A stretch of DNA of 64,000 nt from positions 1,572,101 to 1,636,100 of the forward strand of contig NC_092677.1 of the NCBI RefSeq assembly GCF_964355755.1, read 5' to 3'. The notes under the pieces are model-generated. The model ran no database searches and had not been told where the DNA came from. It worked only from the letters and a program-made list of their open reading frames with translations. Position 1 is the first letter of the stretch. The number at the start of each line of letters is the position of its first letter. Of this stretch, positions 1 through 12,400 are shown one piece after another. This DNA comes from Antedon mediterranea. Its lineage: Eukaryota; Animalia; Echinodermata. Position numbers and translations under genes: made by a program.

Positions 1-703
1 ATGTAGACTAGATGCATTGACACTCATAATCAAAGGGTTACATGTAAACAAGGTATGTAGACTAGATGTATTGACACTCATAATCAAAGGGTTACATGTA
101 AACAAGGTATGTGAACTAGATGCATTGACACTCATAATCAAAGGGTTACATGTAAACAAGGTATGTAAACTAAATGCCTTGACACCCATAATCAAAGGGT
201 TACATGTAAACAAGGTATGTAGACTAGATGCCTTGACACTCATAATCAAAGGGTTACATGTAAACAAGGTATGTAGACTAGATGCATTGACACTCATAAT
301 CAAAGGGTTACATGTAAACAAGGTATGTAGACTAGATGCATTGACACTCATAATCAAAGGGTTACATGTAAACAAGGTATGTAGACTAGATGCATTGACA
401 CTCATAATCAAAGGGTTACATGTAAACAAGGTATGTAGACTAGATGTATTGACACTCATAATCAAAGGGTTACATGTAAACAAGGTATGTAGACTAGATA
501 CATTGACACTCATAATCAAAGGGTTACATGTAAACAAGGTATGTAGACTAGATGCATTGACACTCATAATCAAAGGGTTACATGTAAACAAGGTATGTAG
601 ACTAGATGTATTGACACTCATAATCAAAGGGTTACATGTAAACAAGGTATGTGAACTAGATGTATTGACACTCATAATCGAGGTGTTACTTGTTAACAAG
701 GAA
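1..703. repeat. 54-bp tandem minisatellite (~13 copies, runs off the window start)
   Basis: Unit ATGTAGACTAGATGCATTGACACTCATAATCAAAGGGTTACATGTAAACAAGGT repeated head-to-tail; explains the 18-aa periodic ORF 17..706. Confidence 0.95.
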
Positions 704-976
704 TGATTCTGAAAATATAGATTTGTATTCTTTAAAAAAAATTTGATTTCAGAATATTCATCAAAATAATATTAATAATTAACTTGAAAATTATTACTTT
801 CATGTTGAACCAAATAATACACAATTGGTATAAATACCTTTAGTCACGTTTCGTTGACATACTGTCAACTTCTTCAAACTAATACCAATTTTGTATGTAT
901 TTTTTGGTTCAACATCATTATTGTAAACATGTTTAAAACACATGGTAACAGTTAGCCTTCTGTATTAATTGTTTAG

Positions 977-1518
977 TTTTAAGTACAGAGGTTCCAACGA
1001 GTGAGGGTGTATGTAATTCAACTGGTCTTGTTGTTGGAATGACGTTTGTTGGTGTGCTCATTGGATTCATTATCTGTTTGATTGTGGGTTTTATTATCAT
1101 CAGCAAAATAAGAAATTGAAAGTTACAGGTGAAGTATGATTTAGACAGCAAGAGTATAGGAATAAAATGACCAAATGAAATACCGCATACTTTTGGTAAT
1201 GGAAAAGTATATTAATATTTAATATGATGTTTTATTTTAAAGGCACCGACATCGAAAATCAGGGTAAGGATGCTATACATTAATTATTCACTCTACTCAT
1301 CAACATCATCATCATTATTATTTTTACTATTGTCACCAATATCGCCAATAAACGTTTACACTATTTTCATTCTTCATTATCCATGCAATAAACTTCTGTA
1401 TTGTTTTTAGTTGCAAGAGTATATGACTTATACTGGAGAGACAGATAACGAAACAAACCACACATACCAAGATTTACAGAAGAAAGACGATAATTAAGCT
1501 GTATATGTAAATGTTTAA
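977..1518 (+). pseudogene. 3' end (TM exon + cytoplasmic exons) of an Ig-receptor family member, with premature stops
   Basis: TM exon 977-1128 (VLSTEVPTSEGVCNSTGLVVGMTFVGVLIGFIICLIVGFIIISKIRN*KLQ, TGA 1117-1119); micro-exon 1243-1263; last exon 1411-1518 (LQEYMTYTGETDNETNHTYQDLQKKDDN*AVYVNV*, TAA 1495-1497). Homologous to the B1/B2 TM and tail exons. Confidence 0.8.
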
Positions 1519-2718
1519 GCAAAGAAGGACAACAAATAATATACATGTTTAAAATAAAATAAGTATATTATTATAATCAATAGAATGATTGCAATGGTTT
1601 GAAACTACAATCACATACCTCTTGTTGATTGTTTTTATAGAAATAGAAGAAGTGTTTTCTTTCATTTTCTATAATAAAAATGAAATGTAAATGCTGCAAT
1701 GTATCATCATTATCAACAACACAACCTATAATAGTGAAATAATCTACCAACGGTATAACGCAACAGTAAAGATCAAATTCGTAATGTAATGTAAAAATTA
1801 AAACCATATATATACTTGCAAAATATAAAAATAAGATTAATATAATTGTATTTCTTGCTTTGATTTTTTGGAAATAAAACGTACTTGGTTGTAGACCGAC
1901 TTTAATTTCTTTCATTTGAATTAAATGTATTAATGCATATATATATATATACGGACTATACCAGCATAAGAAGAAAAATACTACAAAAAAACTATACACA
2001 ATCATTGATTTGAACACCAATACACATTTAATTGTATTATTGTTATCGTTCTTTAAGTTAATTCGCCTTCGCGATATGTATTTGTCGCTTACTGCCATTT
2101 TCAAAGAGTTTAGTAAGTTCAAATTGATTTGACAAGGAAGGATCAAAATATAGGAACAAAGAAGGTTTGGCATTGTTGGGGTAAATTTCTCTTTTAGGGA
2201 AGACATTAGAAAATACCTATAAAAAATAAATAGTAGTTTGAACTACTTTATAAATACAATTTTTAGAAAGTCATGTGTTTTTTACTTTATTTTAAATAAT
2301 TTATACTGTTTAGAAAATTAATTTGATCATCTAGATTTAGAGGGCAGTACAGTGCACTATAATTATGAGGAAGTAAATATAATACATCAGTGTGAACGCC
2401 AATTCATCACAATCATAACAATAGCAGGAACAATCAGTATTTAAGTATACAATACAGTGGAGTATGGTAGAGTGCGATACAATAACAGCGGAATAATCGT
2501 CACCTTACGAAGCGGGACAAGGCGAAATGGAGGGGAAATGTAAAAGTGCGATGATTCTTCTGATTTTTCAACTTTGTGGTTGTAGTAAGTACACATCTTT
2601 CTATCAACTATAGTGCACTGTACTTCCGTCCACATCAAGTTAACCAAATTAATCTTTAACAATAAATGATGATGATTTATAGTACATTGAACGTTATGTT
2701 ATTTCTTTTTTTTTTCAG

Positions 2719-5368
2719 TGGGCCAAAGTATCAACAAACTCACTGCCGAATCACAAGTTGCACTTGAAGGACAGGACGCCATTACATTACCATGTTACTA
2801 CATACCAACAAACGCCGTGATCGGCAAATACTACTGGAAGAAAAACGAGATGGTAATTGCAACAAAGGACGACTCAGATGCTGCGTCTAGATACTCGCTG
2901 AGTAATCCAAAGCAGGGTGATACTGCAGGATATATTAGCTTGACTATAACAAATGTTAGCAGACGAGACGCAGACTCGTACACGTGTGGAGTAAACGACG
3001 AGTCTACAGGAGCTACTATACTCTTCTAGATGAAATGTACTTTAACTGTATATTGTAAGTAATATGATAGTAATACAATTAAATTTATGCAAATATTAAT
3101 GCGTATTCTTTCGGTTCGGTTCTTATTGGAATAAATGTTGTGCAACACCGAATTAATTATATTTCTGCATCAACGACATTGCTTATCTTAATGACAGATT
3201 TTGTTAAGCCATCTCTGTCAGTACTATTTGGAAGTTGTAAGAGTGAGCAAAGTTGCAATGTCTTGCAGCTCGACAGTAGCTTATGAACATGGTTCCATGA
3301 CAATAATATTTTGAAATTTGAAAATAATACACTAGAAATTGAAAATGTTGACAAAGAATGAACGACAGTACAGCTGCAAAGTGGAAAAACTTATTTTTAT
3401 TTGGTGAAAATGGAAAAAATTGTAACTCAATAACACTAATTAGCCTTAGAGGTAAAAATGTTGTACGGTGGTTAGCCCACTGAGGAAAGGAAAATTACCA
3501 CCGGAAATTTAGAAAACATTTTAAAACAAATTTTCGAAATACTATAGGTAAATTGAGAAAATTATACTGCAGTGACAGAGATTTAATTGCTTTTGGTCTT
3601 GTAAATGTAGTTCAGAGAATAAGTATACAAGTTATTTGTATCTTAGACACCAATAAACCAAGAAATATAATTATTATACAATTTGGAATTAGTGTTATTG
3701 AAATATTCAAATAATACTTTTAAAAAGATACAGTATTTCTTGTAAAATAATTGGGTTGTAAAATGTGGATTATAACTCAATTACAATTTTACTAAGACCT
3801 CTAGCACTGGCTATAACAGAAGTGTTGGCCATGTGTCGCTATACAAAAAAGCAATTCATTCGGTAGCTACCCTATAACAACATAATAGGAAAGATGATGC
3901 GAAAACTCTAATATTGTAATCATGCCTTTTCCTATTGTAAATTTTGCAAATGCTATTATCAATCCTATTTTAATTTCGCCATTACAGATCTTGAAAAACC
4001 AATTCTTAATCCAACACAATTGTTTATAAATATTGGTGAAACAGCAACATTCACATGTACTGAACCTGATGGTTTACCACCGATTAACATCACATGGACC
4101 AAAGATGATGTCATCCTTGATTATTCTGATACACAAAAGTATCGGTTTTTTGATGCTACATTAACAATTAATAGAGTAGATGAAGAAGATGAGGGAGTTT
4201 ATCAGTGTAAAGCAGAGAATGCTGCTTATCATGGAATGCAAGGAAAACTAAGCAATTATGTTACTCTCATCACATTAGGTTGGTACGGTTGGAATAACAA
4301 TAGTTCTATAACTGTTAACTGATACAGTGAATACATACTATTATATAAACATACATTTCATTCTTTCCTTACCAATTTTTTTTAAATAGTTTTACATGAT
4401 ATGGATAGCAACGGTGAGGTATACAGAGCACAGCTAACACACAGCGAAAGTTTATTTTTTATTATGCATGCGTTTTAAAATATGATAAGTTTCGATAATA
4501 ATGCTTGTTTATTTGTTGTTTTTTTTTACACATTGACGACTAATTATATATCCTAAGTCAACAATAAGAAGTACGTTGCACTTTAAATTGTAAATGTCCG
4601 GGTTTGGTGTCCACATAGACTATCATGAACATGTTTGTTTTGCTGCGAAACGATACCGAATGTTTCTTGATTTTGTTTCCTTAAAACCAATCAATGTCAT
4701 TATCGGTTTTTGTTTTAATAGTAATAGCAAAAATTAGTAATAGAAGCCAAAAAGCTGAAGAGAAAATATACATGTGGATCTGTACTCATACGCTCTTCAT
4801 ATTTATCACTTGTATTTTATTATAAAAGGTTCAACTTCGACTGGTCTTGTTGTTGGAATGACGTTTGTTGATGTGCTCATTGGATTCATTATCTGTTTGC
4901 TTGTGGATTTTATCATCAGCAAAATATAGAAGACAAATCCACAGGTAGGGCATAATTCTGATTCAGAAAATAGAACCATAAAACAAGAGTAAAATGCTCA
5001 ATAGTTTAGTAAACTACCGCGGTACACCGCACAATTAATGAAATGTATTAACAATAATAAGTGCTTTTTGATGTTTTATGTTTTTTCTACATCGAAAAAC
5101 GACAACCAATCAGGAGTAAGGATGCCATACTTCAACTTTCATTACTCACTTTCAGTTGTCATCATCATTATGAACGTCACCAATAGGTTTACAAGATTGT
5201 ATTTCTTTTCGTTTATGTTCATGCAATGAACTGCTGTATTTTTAAACAGGCGTTATTATGACTTATACCAGAGAGACAGATCAAGAAACAAACCACACAT
5301 ACCAATATTTACAGAAGAAAGACGATAATCAAGCTGTATATGTAAATGCAGAGAATGACAACAGATAA
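2719..5368 (+). pseudogene. Degenerate V-I-I-TM-Tyr-tail Ig receptor gene
   Basis: V-type exon 2719-3054 (ITLPC...YYWKK...DADSYTC, stop 3027-3029); decayed Ig exon ~3198-3451; intact I-type exon 3988-4278; TM exon 4829-4944 with TAG 4927-4929 and two Asp in the helix; tail exon ~5250-5368 (HTYQYLQKKDDNQAVYVNA). Confidence 0.8.
3988..4278 (+). CDS. Ig I/C2-type domain exon (open), homologous to domain 5 of B genes
   Basis: AG/GT flanked, 291 nt, phase 1-1; motifs ATFTC...INITWTKD...DEGVYQCKAEN; aligns with 21187-21471. Confidence 0.75.
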
Positions 5369-6429
5369 ATGATACATTTAATTATTATATAGAAAAATAC
5401 AATTAGGCCGATTTTAAACATATTGCAGTGGCTTACTGTATTTTGTTCAGATAAATATTGTGAAAAATAAAAACACCTCATCATTATTAAGGTTTCTTAT
5501 GTTGATGGACGTTTCTATTTATATGTTTTAGCTGATATGTTTGAAAGTTGCCTTACTCGAATTAACAGATAACATTTATATAACGAGTTCTTATAGATCA
5601 GACGTAGGCAAATTCCTAATGTAAACCAGAGTTAGCCAGTATTTCATGTACGCGTCGCGGGTTAATGCGGGAAACGCGAATGTTACTTATGATGTCATGA
5701 TATAATATCATATTTGTATAAAAATGATCAGGGTCCATCACTTCAACAACGTTTTATTATTTATTGGCCAACATTCGGTATGTTTATTTATATTCTGACA
5801 TAATGGCGGGAAATATTAATACATCCTGATATCACTAACAATCTTGCGAGTATTGAATCATAACACTAGGAGATATATTTTCTTGGTCCTCATCCTTGAT
5901 TTTATCCAGCGCCGGTTTTTTTTACCTCAGCAATTAAACGTTTGCAATAAGGTAATGGTTTTGTGTTATGTTTTCATTAAATAAACTAATTTTTTTATGT
6001 GGGTATAGTGGCTAGTTCCTTGTATTTTATCATATCCGTATGTTTCAAATTGACATATTGCAATGGATTAAAATATAAGACCAAGGTGAGGCTTAATTAT
6101 TTACCCGCCGAGTAAATTGGCTTTATTTAGTAATCGCTAACTTTAGTGAGTAGGTACAGTATCTGGTCTGATGTCTGATGTGAACACACACTAAAGAATG
6201 TTATTGTAGCTTTTATTGTTCGATAACACTAATAAAAATAACATACAGTGGATGTATTCTGTCTTCAAACCATATTAGGATTGAACTTGTGACTTGTCTG
6301 TGCAGTTGAGCGCATTCTAACAAACACATTGTATATGGATCTACTTTAACAATAAGCCTAACTAGTTACTATATTGAAAGGGATAGGTGTAAGAAATTGA
6401 CGAATGACAACTAGGCCTCCAGCTAGGAA

Positions 6430-9400
6430 ATGTTTCCAGAAAATAAAGATATCTGTTTGGTTAGCATCCTCCTTCAAGGTAAGTACACAGTGACCAACTA
6501 TACTGCGACAGCACAACCCCCTTAGTTAGCTGTAGCCACTATTCTTTGCCAGATTAATAAATCTTACGACTGTTTGATAACACACTTGGTTAGTTTTAGC
6601 CGAGTCTAGGACTTACTCATTTTCTCCTCTTCTTCCATCTGGACACTATTGAGTAAAAAGTGCGATTTTTAAAGTACTACTCCTCCCTTATTAGTTGTAG
6701 TATTGAGCTGGGATTTGGCATGAATATACTACAGGGACATGTCCTAAAATCTATAGAGCCGGATTTTTAAATTTCAGACCGGATGCAGCCATATGACGTC
6801 TCGAAGATGGTACCATATAGCCGTATTTGGTAGGTGTATGTGACGTCACATCTTGTCTTATGACGTCATTACAGCTTCATTTGATGTACCCCGAGTATCG
6901 CACATTCGTGCTTTTTACTCGGGGTACTTACTCATTTTCTCCTTCTCTTCCTCCATCTGGACACTATTGAGTAAAAAGTGCGATTTTTAAAGTACTACTC
7001 CTCCCTTATTCGTTATAGTATTGAGCTGGGATTTGGCATGAACATACTACAGGGACATGTCCTCAAAGCTATAGAGCCGGATTTTTAATTTTTTGTTAAT
7101 TAATTTGTTTAATTAAGAAGCCACAATGTGTGACACACACCACAGCGTTATGTAGTTATATGGTTATATGCGGATTCTTGGCGTAGTGGTTATCACGTTT
7201 GTTTAACTCGCAGAAGGTACCTGGTTCGATCCCGGACGAAACCTTTTTTTTAAACTTTATGGTGAAAAGTACTGTATACGCAATATGATAATTATACAGA
7301 GTATATCTTATTTTTATTATTTTTTAAAATACTTATTTTGTGTAATCGGTAATTATCACTTTTACACATGTTTATTTTGCTTTGTGCTTATTACCATTTA
7401 TTTGTAATTTAAATGGATTAAAAAACTTTCTGTAACCCACATTTTTAATGTAAGAGGTTTCGTAGTGTAGTGGTTGTCAAGTCTGCTTAACACGCAGAAG
7501 GTCCCGGTTCGAGCCCTGGCGAAACCTATTTTCTTTACTTTCTAACTGTATACGTCTGTATACAGCTTCTTTCGCTGTACCCCGAGTATTGCACATTCGT
7601 GCTTGTTTGTTAATTAATTTGTTTGATTAAGAAGCCACAATGTGTGACACACACCACAGCGTTATGTAGGTACATGCGGCTTTTTGGCGTAGTGGTTATC
7701 ACGTTTGCTCAACACGCAGAAGGTACCTGGTTCGAGCCCTAGCGAAACCTATTTTTCTTTAACTTTATGGTGAAATAACTGTATACGTAATATGATTTAG
7801 AGTATATCTCGTTTAATACGAAAAGATATTACAATTCAGTGACTTATTTCTATATTTACTCGGGGTACCTGAGTCTAGGACTCTCTCATCTTTTCCTCTT
7901 CTTCTTCCATCCGGACACTATTGAGAAAAAAGTGCGATTTATAAAGTACTACTCCTCCCTTATTCGTTGTAGTATTGAGCTCGGATTTAGCATGAATATA
8001 CTACAGGGACATGTCCTCAAAGCTATAGAGCCGGATTTTTTAATTTCAAACCGGATGCAGCCATATCACGTCTCGAAGATGGTACCGTATAGCCGTATTT
8101 GGTAGCGCGGTTATTGATGTGTATGTGACGTTACATCCGGTCTTATGACGTCATTACAGCTTCTTTCGCTGTACCCCGAGTATTGCACATTCGTGCTTGT
8201 TTATGGAAGGTCCATAGTCGACAATTTCACTATTTTTTTCAAAATCTTCAAATAGCTGCCTGAGCATATTCGGCGACACGAATTATTGTAATAAATATAA
8301 CTTTTTTCTTCTCGTTTCAAAATGGTCATGTGAGACTTTCGCTATAAAATTTATCTTTTAGAATTGTCTCTTTTGCTCTCCTAAGTTTCCTGCATTTTAT
8401 TCAAGCTTTCTTCTCTGTAGAAGATGAACGGTTTTTAAAGAGGATGCATTTTTAAATAATAATAATAATAGGCCTACTGATGTGTATTTTTTTTATTTAG
8501 TTTTATTCTGCATTTGTTATGGAGTGTCTGTAAATATCAACAACTTAGATGCTGTACATGAAGGCTCTGACACAAGAATGACATGTACATATACAAGAGA
8601 CAGTAGTACTAGTTCAAGTGATCCTATTGTGACATGGAATAAAATCATAGACGGGGAAGCAGATAGAATATCAGCAACTCAGAATGGATCTATAATCATA
8701 GAACCTTCGTACCAAGAGAGATTTGGCGTTGATAGAGATGATGATAGAATTCTTGTGATTTCTAACACTTTGCGAATTGACAGTGGCACATATCAATGTG
8801 AAGTTGTTATATTTGATGACCCACCAGTGGATGATGATACTGTGACATTAAATGTGATATGTACGTATACGGTTAAATTCAAATATTTGTATACAGATAC
8901 AGACGGTAGTCATAGTATATTTTTTAGTTGTTTATAATATAGTTTTAAAATATTTCAATTTCATAGTACTGTATTTATTTTTGGAATATAAAAATATTGT
9001 TTAGGCCTATATTCACTAGATCGGTACCCAATATATTGCTTTGTTTAATTTCAGTGTCAAATAACTGTTCCAATCACGCTTGTTCTAATGGAGGTGTTTG
9101 TACACCGTCTTCTAGTTCTATGGGATACACATGTTCCTGTCCACCGTGTTTCTTTGGACAATTGTGTGAAACTCGTGAGTTTTCACTACCGGGAAAGTAC
9201 TGTAGATAACAAGCCGAACTATACATTGAGCCTTTTCAATAATAAAGAAAGTATATAAAACTAGATTTTAAGTCGTCGCTTGAGTCATACGTTAGAATAC
9301 AAATAAATGTTTTACTGGAACATTATGTGAAAATACAAATTTAATTCATGTACTTTACAGTATAAAATATTTTTGTTAACTCGAATAAATGTATTTATTA

Positions 9401-12400
9401 TCATCAGCGTCAAATGCTTGCTCCAACAACCTTTGTCAGAATGGAGCTGTTTGTAACACTGTTTCTGGTTCCTGTACAGCATACACGTGTACATGTCCAT
9501 TATGTTTTACTGGATCATTCTGTGAGACTCGTAAGTTCTATGTTTGTCTGCCTGCCTTTAGCACAGTTCAAATACAAATATAATCATATATTTCACAGTA
9601 TAAAATCATTTTTGTAACTCCAATACATTAATTTATTATTACCAGGAATAAATGCTTGTGACGCCCACCTTTGTCAGAATGGAGGTACATGTAACACTAT
9701 TGTTGGTTCCTGTACTTCTTACACGTGTACCTGTTCATCATGTTTTACTGGAACATTCTGTGAAACTGGTAAGTTCTATGTTTTTTCTGCTTTTCTTTAT
9801 CAGAATTCAAATATGTATTTTACAGTCTATAGTTTTCTGAAAACTGTAATGTTCTCTTTTGTATAATATTCACTATCAGCGTCTGATGCTTGCGACGCAA
9901 GTTCTATGTTTGTCTGCTTGTCAGCCCGTGCCGACTGAATCTGCCCTATAATATTCCAGTATAAAATGTAACTAGAATGCATTCATTTTTTATTATCAGG
10001 AAATGCTTGCACTGGCAACATTTGTCAGAATGGAGCTGCTTGTAACACTGTTTCTGGTTCCTGTACAGCATACACATGTACCTGTCCATTATGTTTTACT
10101 GGAACATTCTGTGAGACTCGTAAGTTCTATGTTTGTCTGCTTGCCTTTATCACAGTTCAAATATAAATTTAATCATGTACTTTACAGTATAAAATCATAT
10201 TTGTAACTCAAATAAATGTATTTATTATCATCAGCGTCAAATGGTTGCTCCAACAACCTTTGTCAGAATGGAGCTGCTTGTAACACTGTTTCTGGTTCCT
10301 GTACAGCATACACATGTACCTGTCCATTATGTTTTACTGGAACATTCTGTGAGACTCGTAAGTTCTATGTTTCTCTGCTTCCCTTTATCACAGTTCAAAT
10401 ACAAATTTAATCATGTACATTGCAGTATAAAATCATTTTTTTAACTTGAATAAATGTATTTAACAGCGTTAAATGCTTGCTCCAACAACGCATGTCAGAA
10501 TGGAGGTACATGTAACGCCGTTGCTGGTTCCTGTACAGCATACACGTGTACCTGTTCATCATGTTTTACTGGAATATTCTGTGAAACTGGTAAGTTCTAT
10601 GTTTGTTCTCCTTTTCTTTATCAGAATTCAAATATGTATTTTACAGTCTATAGTTTTCTGAAACTGTAATGTTCTCTTTTGTATAATATTCACTATCAGC
10701 GTCTGATGCTTGCGACGCAAGTTCTATGTTTGTCTGCTTGTCAGCCCGTGCCGACTGAATCTGTCCTATAATATTCCAGTATAAATGTAACTAGAATGCA
10801 TTCATTTTTTATTATCAGGAAATGCTTGCAATGGCAACATTTGTCAGAATGGAGCTGCTTGTAACACTGTTTCTGGTTCCTGTACAGGATACACATGTAC
10901 CTGTCCATTATGTTTTACTGGAACATTCTGTGAGACTCGTAAGTTCTATGTTTCTCTGCTTCCCGTTATCGCAGTTCAAATATAAGTTTAATCATGTACT
11001 TTACAGTATAAAATCATATTTGTAACTCGAATAAATGTATTTATTATCATCAGCGTCAAATGGTTGCTCCAACAACCTTTGTCAGAATGGAGCTGCTTGT
11101 AACACTGTTTCTGGTTCCTGTACAGCATACACATGTACCTGTCCATTATGTTTTACTGGAACATTCTGTGAGACTCGTAAGTTCTATGTTTCTCTGCTTC
11201 CCTTTATCACAGTTCAAATACAAATTTAATCATGTACATTGCAGTATAAAATCATTTTTTTAACTTGAATAAATGTATTTAACAGCGTTAAATGCTTGCT
11301 CCAACAACGCATGTCAGAATGGAGGTACATGTAACGCCGTTGCTGGTTCCTGTACAGCATACACGTGTACCTGTTCATCATGTTTTACTGGAATATTCTG
11401 TGAAACTGGTAAGTTCTATGTTTTTTCTCCTTTTCTTTATCAGAATTCAAATATGTATTTTACAGTCTATAGTTTTCTGAAACTGTAATGTTCTCTTTTG
11501 TATAATATTCACTATCAGCGTCTGATGCTTGCGACGCAAGTTCTATGTTTGTCTGCTTGTCAGCCCGTGCCGACTGAATCTGTCCTATAATATTCCGGTA
11601 TAAATGTAACTAGAATGCATTCATTTTTTATTATCAGGAAATGCTTGCAATGGCAACATTTGTCAGAATGGAGCTGCTTGTAACACTGTTTCTGGTTCCT
11701 GTACAGGATACACATGTACCTGTCCATTATGTTTTACTGGAACATTCTGTGAGACTCGTAAGTTCTATGTTTCTCTGCTTCCCGTTATCGCAGTTCAAAT
11801 ATAAGTTTAATCATGTACTTTACAGTATAAAATCATATTTGTAACTCGAATAAATGTATTTATTATCATCAGCGTCAAATGGTTGCTCCAACAACCTTTG
11901 TCAGAATGGAGCTGCTTGTAACACTGTTTCTGGTTCCTGTACAGCATACACATGTACCTGTCCATTATGTTTTACTGGATCATTCTGTGAGATTCGTAAG
12001 TTATGTTTGTCTGCTTGCTTTTATCACAGTTCAAATACAAATTTAATCATGTACATTGCAGTATAAAATCATTTTTTGTAACTCGAATACATTTATTTAT
12101 TATTAACAGCGTTAAATGCTTGCTCCAATAACGCATGTCAGAATGGAGGTACATGTAACGCCGTTGCTGGTTCCTGTACAGCATACACGTGTACCTGTTC
12201 ATCATGTTTTACTGGATTATTCTGTGAAACTTGTAAGTTATGTTTGTCTGCTTGCTTTTATCACAGTTCAAATACAAATTTAATCATGTACATTGCAGTA
12301 TAAAATCATTTTTTTAACTTGAATAAAATGTATTTAACAGCGTTAAATGCTTGCTCCAACAACGCATGTCAGAATGGAGGTACATGTAACGCCGTTGCTG

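Larger units (their letters stand above)
6600..8202. mobile_element. Cluster of ~3 copies of a ~340-bp DINE/HINE (Helentron-associated)-like element in A1 intron 1
   Basis: Copies ~6600-6915, ~6916-7090 (partial), ~7857-8202; subterminal inverted repeat TACTCGGGGTAC/GTACCCCGAGTA and 3' hairpin-like GCACATTCGTGC followed by TT; absent from the A3 intron 1. Family assignment is by structure only. Confidence 0.6.

Noticed and set aside
17-706. 229-aa ORF with 18-aa repeats
   Set aside because: By-product of a 54-bp minisatellite; non-ATG start and no unique domain
1577-2206. 209-aa minus-strand ORF
   Set aside because: Low-complexity AT-rich translation with no domain motif; antisense to the presumed 3' UTR/intergenic region
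6486-6530. CACAGTG heptamer as a V(D)J recombination signal
   Set aside because: No ACAAAAACC-like nonamer at 12/23 spacing; V exons are complete (include the G strand) and flanked by ordinary AG/GT
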